Shown here: positions 28,728 through 38,085 of the stretch, in pieces
Layout of the letters: the number at the start of each line of letters is the position of its first letter
Numbering within the stretch: position 1 is the stretch's first letter
Source of the DNA: Alphaproteobacteria bacterium
GTDB taxonomy: Bacteria; Pseudomonadota; Alphaproteobacteria; Bin95
Direction: 5' to 3'
DNA: 64,000 nucleotides
NCBI GenBank assembly: GCA_963422665.1
Contig: OY730441.1
Location: 2,466,489 to 2,530,488, forward strand
Program-made: the position numbers and the translations under genes
The notes under the pieces: generated by a model
Seen by the model: the letters and a program-made list of their open reading frames with translations, nothing else
The model's database searches: none
What the model was told of the DNA's origin: nothing

Positions 28728-30409
28728 TCCACCGCCTCCGCGCCCGCGACCAGCATCGGCTTGCCCGGAAGGGCGGCGCCCGGAACCCGCAGGTCCCCGC
28801 CCCGGCGTTCCTTGGCAGCCCCGAACACCGCCTTCGCCCCGGCGATCTCCGCGCCCTTCAGCATCGCGTCCGCCGGATCGACCCGGCCCTCGCCGACCGC
28901 GCGCCAGATCTTCCGCCCGATCGGAACCCCGCCCATCGCGCCTACCCAGTGGTTCCACGCGCCGACCGCATCCCGCCCCTGCACATGCCTCAGATAGCCG
29001 TCGTCCGGGACGATCCACTCCGCAACCGCAAGCGGGCGCACATAGCCCGCCCACGCCGCCAGCGAGAGCGCCGACTGGCCCGCCTTGCGGCAACTGGCGC
29101 AGCCCTCCGGATTGCGGTAGCGGACCCCCGGGCCCAGAAGCGACACCAACTCCTCCGGGAGGTCCCGGCCCTCCGGCAGCGCCGGCTGCGCGCATTCCGG
29201 ACAGAGCAGCGGCACAAGCGTCTGCTTCATCAGCAGGCGCACATTGCCGGGCTTCGTCACCTCCGACACCTCGACGCCGAGGTCCATCAGACGGAACAGG
29301 ATGCCGTTCGCCGTGTGCACGTGGATCGTCGTCCACACCTGGTGGCCGCTATCGATGAACTGCAGCACCTGCTGCGCGCCCATCTTGTCCCGGATCTCGC
29401 CCACCATCCCCGAGGCCGGATGCACCCGCACGAAATGCATCAGCGCCGCCGCAAACCCCAGACCCCGCTCCTCGCCAACGCCCCGGGTCGGAACCGCAAT
29501 CTGCACCGCCCCCGGTATGTCGTATTCGACCGGGTCCTCCAGCGTGATCATGTTGAGCCGACGCCCGTGCTCGCGCATCTGCAGGTTCAGATTCACCGCA
29601 AGCGTCGTCGACTTGCCGTCACCCGTCGTGCCGCCGATGAAGATGCCGCCGTATTTCGACATTCGGATCTCCCGGAACAGGCCCGCCACCTCCGCCGTGA
29701 ACCCAAGGTCCTCCAGAGACTTCCGGCCCCCGACCTGATCGCGGTAGAAGAGGCGCATGTAGAGGTGGTGGCCCTCCGGCTCGTGCGGACCCGCCTCGCA
29801 GCGCAACGCCGCGATCTCCTCCGGCAAGGGAAAGGTCTCCGAACGCCTCACGCTGAAACCCTGGAAGCTCGCACGCTGCAGCGAGGTCTGCCGCGAGCCC
29901 TCGTCCTTCACGAAGAACAGGAACCCGAACACCTGCTCGGCCTCCCGCACCGTCATCGCCGAACCCAGGGGCAGCTTCCGGTCGTTCACGATCGCGAACA
30001 CCCGGCAGTCGTCCGGACCCTTCTCCAGCACCACGTCCGAAGCCCGGGCCCTCGCCGCCTCCGTGAAGATCGCGACAAGCCCCTCCACGATCCGGGGGTT
30101 CACATCCAGGCTCTCGTCACGGACCCGGTTGCCGCGCCAGACCTCCGCAACCTCCTGGAGCGAGGCCGTCTCCTCCCGGAACTGGCCCCGAACCGCGCCC
30201 GTGCGCTGGAGCTCCACCAGCAGCGCGCGCAGCTCGACATCGTTCGCATAGCCGTCCGCGATCAGCACACGCCCGTCCGACCAGACCGCGCAGCGCTCCC
30301 GAAAGCGATCGTCCATCCGCTCCCAGCGCACCAGGCCCGACGGCATCACCTCCGGCGGCTTCTCCCTGAACAGCAGACGGCCCCACCATGTGTCCCGCCG
30401 GCTCGTCAT
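28724..30409 (-). CDS. Pilus assembly ATPase, GspE/PilB/PilQ(R64) family
   Basis: Walker A GGTTGDGKSTTLAVN; Walker B LEDPVEYD..; His-box region; tetracysteine-like CPECA...CASC; 561 aa. Confidence 0.8.
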   Translation of the reverse strand: MTSRRDTWWGRLLFREKPPEVMPSGLVRWERMDDRFRERCAVWSDGRVLIADGYANDVELRALLVELQRTGAVRGQFREETASLQEVAEVWRGNRVRDESLDVNPRIVEGLVAIFTEAARARASDVVLEKGPDDCRVFAIVNDRKLPLGSAMTVREAEQVFGFLFFVKDEGSRQTSLQRASFQGFSVRRSETFPLPEEIAALRCEAGPHEPEGHHLYMRLFYRDQVGGRKSLEDLGFTAEVAGLFREIRMSKYGGIFIGGTTGDGKSTTLAVNLNLQMREHGRRLNMITLEDPVEYDIPGAVQIAVPTRGVGEERGLGFAAALMHFVRVHPASGMVGEIRDKMGAQQVLQFIDSGHQVWTTIHVHTANGILFRLMDLGVEVSEVTKPGNVRLLMKQTLVPLLCPECAQPALPEGRDLPEELVSLLGPGVRYRNPEGCASCRKAGQSALSLAAWAGYVRPLAVAEWIVPDDGYLRHVQGRDAVGAWNHWVGAMGGVPIGRKIWRAVGEGRVDPADAMLKGAEIAGAKAVFGAAKERRGGDLRVPGAALPGKPMLVAGAEAVE

Positions 30410-31365
30410 CGCCCGGACCTCGACCGGTAGGGCAGGCGCCCGCTCGTCCAGCCCTTCACGCGCACGCCCGGAGGACGAGCCTCGACCGAAACCACCCTCA
30501 CGCCGCCCGGCAACCGGTCGCCCGCCTCCACCCGCCAGACGCTCTCGCCGTCCGTCACCGCCGCGCGCAGCGCCTCGCCCGATCCCATCACCGCGAACCA
30601 GCCATAAGCGCGGGGCGGCTCGGGCGGAGGCGCCTTCTTCTCCTTCCGCGCCGTCCTGGCCGCCTCGGCAGCCGCTTTCGCCTGCGCCTCCCGCGCGATC
30701 TCCGCACGGGCCGCCTCCAGAATCGCCGCATGCGCCCCGCGAACCCGCGCATCCGCCTCGCGGCGCACCGTCTCAAGCTTCAGAGCCTCCGCCGCCCTCG
30801 CGGCCGCAGACTTGTTCAGCGCCGCCGCAAGCTCGATCTCGGAGCCCACAAGCTCCTTCAGGATCGCCTGGCGGTCCCGGCACAGAACCAGCACCTCGCG
30901 CTCAAGCTCCAGAGCCTCGCTGAACTGCCCCTCGTTCACCGCGCTCGACAGCATCCGCACGATCGCCTCGCGCGGGCACTCGAAGGTCCGCAATATCGCG
31001 GGCTCATAAGCGATAACCGGAGGACCGGGAGGAGAAGCCGGGGCGGCAGCGGGAGGATCGGACTGCCGCCCCGGCAGACCGGCAGCGGACGGTGCGGCCT
31101 CATTATCCGCCGCCGCCGGTGCAGGCTGAGGATCGGCACCCGCGCCGGATAGCGCCGACGGAGGCTTGTATTCCGGAGGCAGGATATCGAACGACGATCC
31201 GCCGGGACCCTGCGCCGGGGCGATCGTCGCGGGCGCCGCCTCCCCGGGGCTCTGCGCCGAGGCCTCGCCGAACGACAGCACCGCCACCGACAGCGCGAGC
31301 GCCGACAGCAGGAGACCGCGACGGATGCCGGGCCCGACGGCCGCGTTTGCCCGACACGCCGAAAC
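30406..31365 (-). CDS. PilP-like pilus assembly protein (signal peptide, Pro/Ala-rich linker, coiled coil, C-terminal beta domain)
   Basis: C-terminal YGWFAVMGSGEALRAAVTDGESVWRVEAGDRLPGGVRVVSVEARPPGVRVKG resembles the secretin-binding PilP domain; N-terminal 185 aa of ORF 30406..31965 rejected (Ser/Ala-rich antisense of plus-strand genes); start probably GTG ~31365. Confidence 0.45.
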   Translation of the reverse strand, partial: VSACRANAAVGPGIRRGLLLSALALSVAVLSFGEASAQSPGEAAPATIAPAQGPGGSSFDILPPEYKPPSALSGAGADPQPAPAAADNEAAPSAAGLPGRQSDPPAAAPASPPGPPVIAYEPAILRTFECPREAIVRMLSSAVNEGQFSEALELEREVLVLCRDRQAILKELVGSEIELAAALNKSAAARAAEALKLETVRREADARVRGAHAAILEAARAEIAREAQAKAAAEAARTARKEKKAPPPEPPRAYGWFAVMGSGEALRAAVTDGESVWRVEAGDRLPGGVRVVSVEARPPGVRVKGWTSGRLPYRSRSGR

Positions 31366-31411
31366 CGGGGCCGACTTGACGTGGCCCCAAGCCTCGATAC
31401 AGGATGCGGTC

Positions 31412-31654
31412 ATGGCCTCATCCTTCGATACGCTTGCCGCCTCCGAGGCGATCGAAAATGCCGGTGCAGACTCCAGGCTCGCCAAGGTCATCGCCTCGCA
31501 GCTGCGGGTCGCCTCCGACGCCGGCGAACCCGTTACGCGCGCCGAACTCGACGCTGCACTGGCGGCGCTGGAAGCTCGCCTCACATGGCGTCTTATCGGC
31601 GCCATGGTCGCGCTTGCCGGCGTCATCATCGCCGCAGTCAAGCTGATCCCCTGA
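31412..31654 (+). CDS. Small tail-anchored protein (helical N-domain plus C-terminal TM ...VIIAAVKLIP), paralogue A
   Basis: 80 aa; balanced composition; ends in hydrophobic LIGAMVALAGVIIAAVKLIP; opposite strand to surrounding cluster. Confidence 0.5.
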   Translation: MASSFDTLAASEAIENAGADSRLAKVIASQLRVASDAGEPVTRAELDAALAALEARLTWRLIGAMVALAGVIIAAVKLIP

Positions 31655-31669
31655 TCCTCGTCTGAAACC

Positions 31670-31900
31670 ATGCCCGGCGGTCTTGATACCGCCGCCGTAG
31701 TCCGGGACCTGGAAGCTGCGGACATGGACCGCCGACAGGCCGAAGCCGTCGCCGCCGCGTGCCACAGGGCAGCAACTGCCGCACAGCCCATAACTCTCGA
31801 CCGGCTCGACGCCGCCCTCGCAAAACTGGAAGCGCGCATGATCCACTGGATGCTCGTTATCGCCGGAGCGGTCGTGGCCGCGGTCAAGCTGATCCCCTGA
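31670..31900 (+). CDS. Small tail-anchored protein, paralogue B
   Basis: 76 aa; same LDAALA.LEAR..W.L.I.A.V.AAVKLIP C-terminal pattern as 31412..31654. Confidence 0.5.
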   Translation: MPGGLDTAAVVRDLEAADMDRRQAEAVAAACHRAATAAQPITLDRLDAALAKLEARMIHWMLVIAGAVVAAVKLIP

Positions 31901-31978
31901 CAGAACAAGCCCGGCCCGGCAGAAGCAGGGGCCGCAAAAGGAAGAAGACGAAAAGCGCGCGACATCGCCCGGCAAGCC

Positions 31979-33301
31979 TCAGTCGATCTTGTCCGGCGTG
32001 TGCTGCGTCCACACCGCCGGTCTCATCCCGAGCTGATGCGCGAGCGTACGCCAGTGGACGCGTCTAGAACCCGCCGGGTCGTTCCTGACGGTCATCTCCA
32101 GAGTGCCCCGCGTCCAGCGCCAGACGCCGGCGAAATGCGGGCCCTCGACCAGGTTTCCGGCCTCGTCCACCACCGAGAACTTGCCCTTCGGATGGAACAC
32201 GAAACGCTTGTCCGCATAAGCCTCGCCCATGAAGGCCAACTCGCGCGGATACGGGCGCGCCAGAAACTCGTCCGTCAGCTGGAACGCCGCATGGCGATGG
32301 CCGGTGGGCCTGAACGGAAACGGGTAACCGACCATGTAAACCACTTCCCGACCGCCGATTCGGGCCGTGATCTTGTCTCCGCCCTGCGAACGTACCGGAA
32401 GAACGAACTCCTCTTCGGCGCCGTCCTCTCCGGCCGCCCAGAACTCTCCGATACCTTCCGTCCTGGCATAAACGAAACCGTTCCCTGCAGGCGATTTCAG
32501 GATGTTGCCCTCCTGGGCGGCTAGGTAGGCCTCAACCTCTTCCGCTGTGGTTGTCGGCGCCCCTCGCGACGCGCCAAGACCGGTCGTGCCGGGCGCCCTC
32601 AGATGCGAGCCCGGGAAATTCCGGATCGGTGCATCCGGGTCCTGACGGCGCAACTCCTCCATCTGGAGCGAGGTCTGCTTTTCGTTGATGGCCATGCCGA
32701 CAGGCAGGTCTAACCCGGGACAGGCGTCCGCCAAGGCGCGAGGCCAGGTATCTTGGACATGCCCTCTTTCTGAGCGAATCCAATAATCCTTGCCGCCTTT
32801 TCGGTGTCGGACGACTTCGCCCGCTAGGAAGCCTGTCGAGGGATCGTAGAAAAGCGGAAGATGCCGTGGCCTCCGGCCGTCGTTATACGAATTTCTGACA
32901 ACGGCTCCGATCAGCTTGGCCTGCTGGAGCACTTCCCACTTTACGTCCCTCTGGGCCAACCAAAGCGGGTCGCCATTTCTCTTCTTGTAGGCAAGGCAGC
33001 CGATACGTGATCCGTCTTTTGAGAAAATAAATCCTCGCACGATATTGCGGTAATTCGGATGATGGACGCCTTCGAATATCCACGCGCGACCGGACAACAG
33101 ACTGTCATAGAAGGCCTTGTCGTAGGGAATGAAATTCGGATGGGTGTCAATTGCGATATCCCTGACTGTCCCATGCGCCATGCAGGACGACAGCACGGCT
33201 CCCGCCAGAAGCAGCGCCAGCGCTCTTCCTGTCCCTTGTTTCAGCGTCGTCATTCTGTGATCTCCATTCGGTGTCTCTCGATCACAATGATTATCCGGCA
33301 T
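31979..33301 (-). CDS. Lipoprotein of unknown function, markedly lower GC than surroundings
   Basis: lipobox ALALLLAGAVLSSC; ~440 aa rich in K/N/F/Y; AT-rich stretches e.g. ~32990-33060. Confidence 0.5.
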   Translation of the reverse strand: MPDNHCDRETPNGDHRMTTLKQGTGRALALLLAGAVLSSCMAHGTVRDIAIDTHPNFIPYDKAFYDSLLSGRAWIFEGVHHPNYRNIVRGFIFSKDGSRIGCLAYKKRNGDPLWLAQRDVKWEVLQQAKLIGAVVRNSYNDGRRPRHLPLFYDPSTGFLAGEVVRHRKGGKDYWIRSERGHVQDTWPRALADACPGLDLPVGMAINEKQTSLQMEELRRQDPDAPIRNFPGSHLRAPGTTGLGASRGAPTTTAEEVEAYLAAQEGNILKSPAGNGFVYARTEGIGEFWAAGEDGAEEEFVLPVRSQGGDKITARIGGREVVYMVGYPFPFRPTGHRHAAFQLTDEFLARPYPRELAFMGEAYADKRFVFHPKGKFSVVDEAGNLVEGPHFAGVWRWTRGTLEMTVRNDPAGSRRVHWRTLAHQLGMRPAVWTQHTPDKID

Positions 33302-34229
33302 GCCGACCGGCCATGCCGGGCTTGCGCGCGAAAAAGCGTTGGACCCCGAACGCCCCTGCAAACCAGGCCCGAGTCAGCCGGCCGAACCGTTCCATCCACA
33401 CCAGCCTGTCCGCCGACAGCGTTCCGCTCCGCGCGGCCTCCGTCATCCGGCTCTCCTGGGCAGCCAGGATCCGGGCGTTCGGCAGACAGCGCGCCGACAG
33501 GTCCATGATCCCCAAGGCCTCAAGGCCCGCTGCCCGCAGCTTGTCGACATAGCCGGCCGGGCTCTCCAGATCGACCATCGACCAAGACTCGCAGATCGGT
33601 TGGATATACTCGCGGTATTCCTCCGGCGTGAGCGCCTGAGCCGGCATCCAGTCACTCCCCGCCAGACGCCCCCCGGGCCGGAGAATGCGCGCGCATTCCT
33701 TCAGGAGCCGCGCGCGGTCGGCCATGTGGCAGGCCCCGTCGATACTGACCACAACATCGACCGAACTGTCGGGCAGGCGGATTTCCTCCGAACAGTCCGA
33801 GAAGCGGAACTCGACCAGATGCTCCAACCCGTCGCTCTTCGCCAGTTCGCCGGCGGCTTCCAGCTGTTTCTCGCTGATATTCAGCCCGATGACCCTGCAG
33901 CCGAGCGTTCCGGCCAGGTGAAGCGCCGTTCCGCCGACCCCGCAGGCCGCATCGGCCACCACGTCTCCGGTGCCGATCCGCGCAGGACCGACCACTTCGC
34001 CGATCATCCTGACCACCGCCCTGTCGAGCAGGTCCCTGTCAAGCCGTCCCGCATCCGGGCCGTCCAGAACAAACGGCTCCTCACCGGGATCGAAGAGCCC
34101 GAAATGGAGATGGCGCGGATGCCAGCCGGACAGGTAATAGTCGCCGCCGTCGTAATGAGCGGCGACAGCCCTGGCCTGCCGTGACAGCGGAGCCTGATAG
34201 CTGTCCGGAGCTAACGCCTGTGCCTCCAT
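33291..34229 (-). CDS. Class I SAM-dependent methyltransferase of the cyclopropane-fatty-acid-synthase/mycolate-MT family
   Basis: AHYDGGDYYLSGW (HYDxxNxFY-type) motif; motif I VADAACGVGGTALHLA; 312 aa; 10 nt from the polyprenyl synthase gene. Confidence 0.7.
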   Translation of the reverse strand: MEAQALAPDSYQAPLSRQARAVAAHYDGGDYYLSGWHPRHLHFGLFDPGEEPFVLDGPDAGRLDRDLLDRAVVRMIGEVVGPARIGTGDVVADAACGVGGTALHLAGTLGCRVIGLNISEKQLEAAGELAKSDGLEHLVEFRFSDCSEEIRLPDSSVDVVVSIDGACHMADRARLLKECARILRPGGRLAGSDWMPAQALTPEEYREYIQPICESWSMVDLESPAGYVDKLRAAGLEALGIMDLSARCLPNARILAAQESRMTEAARSGTLSADRLVWMERFGRLTRAWFAGAFGVQRFFARKPGMAGRHAG

Positions 34230-34239
34230 CCTCTTGCTC

Positions 34240-35256
34240 CTAGTGACGGCGCTCGACGCAGAACGCCGCGAAGTCGTGCAGCGCCTCGCGCACCGGGCCG
34301 TCCGGAAAGAGAGCGAGAGCCTGCGCAGTGTCTTCCGCCCGGGCGCGGGCCTCGGCCAGCGTGTCCGCCAGCGCATCCCGCCGGTCCAGCAGCGCCAGCG
34401 CCCGCTCGAAGTCGCCGGGCCGCCGGTCGCCATCCTCGAAGGTTCGGCGCCAGAAGGCCCGTTCCTGCGCATCGCCGCGTTCGAATGCCAGAATGACCGG
34501 CAGCGTCGCCTTGCCCTCGGCAAAGTCGCCCCCGACCGCCTTCCCCAGTTCCGCCTGCCGGCCCGACCAGTCCAGGACGTCGTCGGCGAGCTGGAACGCG
34601 ATCCCCAGGTTCCGACCATAGGCCCCGAGAGCCGTTTCCGCTTCGCGCCCGGCGCCGGCGGCGACGGCCCCCAGCCGGCAGGCGGCGGCAAACAGGGCGG
34701 CAGTCTTGTCCTCGATGGCCTCCAGACAGGCCTCCACCCCCGCTCCGGGGCGGCCGGCATCCTGCATCTGGCGCAACTCGCCCTCGGCCATCGCCGACGT
34801 TGCCTCGACGAACAGCTCGAGCACCCCCGTCGGTCCGGCCTCTATCATCAACTGGAACGCGCGCCCGATAAGCCAGTCCCCGACCAGCACGCTTGCGCGG
34901 TTCCCCCAAAGCGCGTTGGCGCTGGCGACCCCGCGCCGCAAGGAACTCGCGTCCACGACATCGTCATGCAGCAGCGTGGCCATGTGGAAGACCTCGACGC
35001 TCGCCGCGAGCGTGACGGGCCGGCCCCCGGCCGCCCCGCAGAGGCGCGCGCATGTCAGGGTCAGGATCGGACGCAGGCGCTTGCCGCCCGCACGCGCGAT
35101 GTGGCCGCCCAGGCGCGGTATGAGCGTCGCCCCGGCTTCCATCCGCTCGGCGATCAGCGCCTCGACCCGATCCAGGTCAGTGCCCGCAAGAGACCGCAGC
35201 CCGGCAAGCGCGGACTGTGGCGCCAAAGGCGGCAGGGGAAACGCGGCGTCAGCCAT
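34240..35256 (-). CDS. ispB: trans-Polyprenyl diphosphate synthase (IspB/IspA family)
   Basis: FARM LLHDDVVD and SARM QLADDVLD aspartate-rich motifs; 338 aa from MADAAFPLPPL; 4 nt after the upstream secreted-protein gene. Confidence 0.8.
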   Translation of the reverse strand: MADAAFPLPPLAPQSALAGLRSLAGTDLDRVEALIAERMEAGATLIPRLGGHIARAGGKRLRPILTLTCARLCGAAGGRPVTLAASVEVFHMATLLHDDVVDASSLRRGVASANALWGNRASVLVGDWLIGRAFQLMIEAGPTGVLELFVEATSAMAEGELRQMQDAGRPGAGVEACLEAIEDKTAALFAAACRLGAVAAGAGREAETALGAYGRNLGIAFQLADDVLDWSGRQAELGKAVGGDFAEGKATLPVILAFERGDAQERAFWRRTFEDGDRRPGDFERALALLDRRDALADTLAEARARAEDTAQALALFPDGPVREALHDFAAFCVERRH

Positions 35257-35260
35257 CCCG

Positions 35261-36784
35261 CTACTCCCCGGCCTTTTCAACCAGCCAGCGGTCGTGAAGC
35301 CGATGGACCGCCCCGGCCATGATTTCGAAGGCCAGATCGTTCTCGCCCCTGCGGAACGCCGAGGCCGATGCGTCGATCTTCGCTTCCAGCCAGGCCCAAT
35401 CGGGGTGATCTTTCGGGATTGCCGCCACAATGGCGGGGGCTACCCGATAGTAGCCATCAACCATCGTACGCCGCTCGGGTGTAGCCTGCATGTAGGTGTC
35501 CCGGAACCGGCGCATCGCCGTCAGCGTCGGACCTTGGTTCGCTTCACCGCGCATCTCGACCACGGCGGTTGTCAAGAAGCAGGACCCACCATCACCGCCA
35601 CTATTCCCGACATCCATATCCTCTGGTTTACCCGTGGCATCGACGGTATCCATCGTTTCCTCGGCGGTACTGGTCGTCTCCTCTCCACCGCCACCGCCAT
35701 CACCATCACCATCACCGTCGCCGTCGCCGTCGCCGCTGGGGATGGGCGCGCAGTCCTCCTCCCTGCGCACCAGCAGCTTGGCACCGTTCACCCGGGCGAC
35801 CCGTCGGGTCGTGACGACCGGAGCCCTTGGGCGCACCCGGAAGTCGCGATATTCCGTGTTCTGCTCGTAATGCAGCGTGCAGCTTCCCGTCTCACCGGAA
35901 GGGCAGCTGCAGGAGCCCGTGGTCCGATGGACAGGGGCCGTCCTCCAGGCGATCACCGGGTCCGGGATCGGCGCGGGCGGCAGCGCCTGCGCATACTGGA
36001 AGGGACAGAGCCCCTCGGCATGACGCCATGGGCTGCACTCAGCCCGCGAGCCCAGCCCCGCCCGGAGGCTACAGTCGCGCGGCCAGAGATGCGCCGCACC
36101 CGGTGCCGTCGCCGAAAGATCCCGGCCTTGCGTTTCGCCCGCACCCAGAACGCCCGTCACCTGGATCGGAACCTGGCGCGCCTCGCGGAAGGTATCCGCC
36201 GGCGAGCCCGGACAGGCGACGTCCCGCGTCTCCGTCTCCCAGCGTATGCCCGTCACCGTACGGATCGGATCGGCGACCGCGCCCACCAGGCCCACACGGT
36301 CATCGCCCGTCGAGGGAACGCCTATGCAGGTGGGCAGCGCCGTGTCGTCGCGTCCATGCGCCCCCCGCGCGATGCGCGTGTTCGCCAGGATCACATGCAG
36401 GCCCGTCCGGCCGCCGCCATAGCGCACGGGCGCGACCTGGACCTCCCTGTGGCCCCGGCCCAGGCCCTTCAGCTCGTCCTGTGCCGCATAGACAGCCAGC
36501 ACCCCCTGGCAGTAGCGCGCCGTCAGGCCCCGCTCCGTCCAGGACGAAAGCCACCAGGACCCGGAAGGGGGCGCGGCGAGCCCGATCCATTCATCTTCCC
36601 AGAGATTCGCGGTGTCCGTCACCCGGATGCGAGCCTCCACGCTCTGCCAGGCGCTCTGGATCGCAACCGCATACGCCAGCGCCTCCTGCTGGCGCGTCCG
36701 GTCCGGATCGCCCGTCTGGGCCGCCGCGCCCGACGCGATCCCCACAAATGCCAGCGCCAGAAGCGCCGACCCCGTCCGTTTCAT
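35261..36784 (-). CDS. Secreted Cys-rich protein containing a (Gly-Asp)n tract
   Basis: signal peptide MKRTGSALLALAFVGIASGAAAQ; GDGDGDGDGDGDGGGGGEE encoded by a hexanucleotide repeat; ATGA overlap with upstream gene. Confidence 0.5.
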   Translation of the reverse strand: MKRTGSALLALAFVGIASGAAAQTGDPDRTRQQEALAYAVAIQSAWQSVEARIRVTDTANLWEDEWIGLAAPPSGSWWLSSWTERGLTARYCQGVLAVYAAQDELKGLGRGHREVQVAPVRYGGGRTGLHVILANTRIARGAHGRDDTALPTCIGVPSTGDDRVGLVGAVADPIRTVTGIRWETETRDVACPGSPADTFREARQVPIQVTGVLGAGETQGRDLSATAPGAAHLWPRDCSLRAGLGSRAECSPWRHAEGLCPFQYAQALPPAPIPDPVIAWRTAPVHRTTGSCSCPSGETGSCTLHYEQNTEYRDFRVRPRAPVVTTRRVARVNGAKLLVRREEDCAPIPSGDGDGDGDGDGDGGGGGEETTSTAEETMDTVDATGKPEDMDVGNSGGDGGSCFLTTAVVEMRGEANQGPTLTAMRRFRDTYMQATPERRTMVDGYYRVAPAIVAAIPKDHPDWAWLEAKIDASASAFRRGENDLAFEIMAGAVHRLHDRWLVEKAGE

Positions 36785-38085
36785 CCCGAACTCCCCGTTG
36801 TGCGATCCGCCGCCGCGTCTGCCGCGCCCGCCTGCGTCAGCGCGTCGAACTCGCTCTCCAGCATGGTGAACGGCCGTGTCCGCCTGACCCCGAACCGCCA
36901 GCCACCCTCTTCGCTCCAGGAGACCGAGGCGACCTCGACGCCCTCCATGGCGGACAGCATCGCCACCGCTTCCCTGAGCGGCCTGCCGGTGCCAAGCACC
37001 GCTTCCGCGTCCGCGCCGAACTCCGTGTATTCGATATCGAAGCCGCGAAGCGCCAGCGTCCGGTCCAGAAGGTCACGGAACTGCGTCGGCTCCAGCCAGC
37101 GGCCGGCCTTCGGGTCGTGCCGCTCGAGCACCGAAGGCAGAGGGCTCAACGCGATCGACGCACCCTTGTCGTCGATATCCGCCACCGGCCATCCGGCCAG
37201 CATGTCCTTCGCCATCGGGCCGTAGACGCGCGGATCGAGGCCCTCCCTGAGCGCCCAGCGGACCTCCAGCACGGGCCGACCCATCAGGCCGCCATACGAA
37301 ATCCCCGTCTCGCTCCCGGCAAACCTCGGATGGCAGACCACGGCCCGCCGGTCGAACCCCGCCATGCGCACCCTGAGGCCGTCCCAACCCGCCTGACACG
37401 ACCGCAGGAACGCCGGCGTCACCACGACCGCCTCGACCGTCGGCGGCTCCTCCGGTTCCGGCTTCCCGTACCCGGCCCACTCCCGAAGGTCTTCATAGTG
37501 GAACAAGCCCGCATATGCCGCGCCCCCGGCAACCAGCAACAGCACCGCCGCCCAGGCCCCGACCCGCGACAGGCTCCCCTTCGGGGCCTCGGCCAGGACC
37601 GGCAGGTCCTTCGCAGCCGCCGCGATACTCGATGCTTCCACGGTCGTCGCCTCCTCGAACAGCCCCGCCAGACCCGGCGTGGCGAGGATGCGGACACCTT
37701 GGGTGGCGCCCGTCCCGAGCGCCCTCTGCGCCTCCGCAGCCGCCTGAAACACGCCGTCGCCCCCGGGAAGGATCCCGCCGCCCGAACTGCGCACGACCCC
37801 GACCCGCTTCGGCCCATCGTCCTCGCCGTCCTCCTCGATGAACGCCGTCCAGGGCGACCTGCCCTCCGGGCGCTTGCGCATGAACTCCACCAGCGCGCCC
37901 GCAAGGGGCGGGAGACCGCCCGGATTCTCGATACCGCCCAGGAACCCCGTCTGCCCGCCGAGCTCGACCGTCCAGCGATGGCCCCGGTCGCGCGCCGCCT
38001 TCGCCGCCTTGCCCCCGCGCAGGACTTCCCGCTCCCAGTCGAGACTGGCCGCGAAACGGTGACCGCCGACCACAAGCACGCTCAT
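36781..38085 (-). CDS. Bitopic pilus biogenesis protein, PilO(R64)/BfpC-like
   Basis: ~434 aa from MSVLVVGGHRFAASLDWE; cytoplasmic N-domain, single TM VGAWAAVLLLVAGGAAYAGLF, periplasmic C-domain; between secretin and the rest of the pil genes. Confidence 0.4.
   Translation of the reverse strand: MSVLVVGGHRFAASLDWEREVLRGGKAAKAARDRGHRWTVELGGQTGFLGGIENPGGLPPLAGALVEFMRKRPEGRSPWTAFIEEDGEDDGPKRVGVVRSSGGGILPGGDGVFQAAAEAQRALGTGATQGVRILATPGLAGLFEEATTVEASSIAAAAKDLPVLAEAPKGSLSRVGAWAAVLLLVAGGAAYAGLFHYEDLREWAGYGKPEPEEPPTVEAVVVTPAFLRSCQAGWDGLRVRMAGFDRRAVVCHPRFAGSETGISYGGLMGRPVLEVRWALREGLDPRVYGPMAKDMLAGWPVADIDDKGASIALSPLPSVLERHDPKAGRWLEPTQFRDLLDRTLALRGFDIEYTEFGADAEAVLGTGRPLREAVAMLSAMEGVEVASVSWSEEGGWRFGVRRTRPFTMLESEFDALTQAGAADAAADRTTGSSG

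Noticed and set aside
30406-31965. Full 519-aa PilP-like ORF
   Set aside because: The first ~185 residues are Ser/Ala-rich and exactly antisense to two well-formed plus-strand genes. Gene truncated to ~30406..31365.
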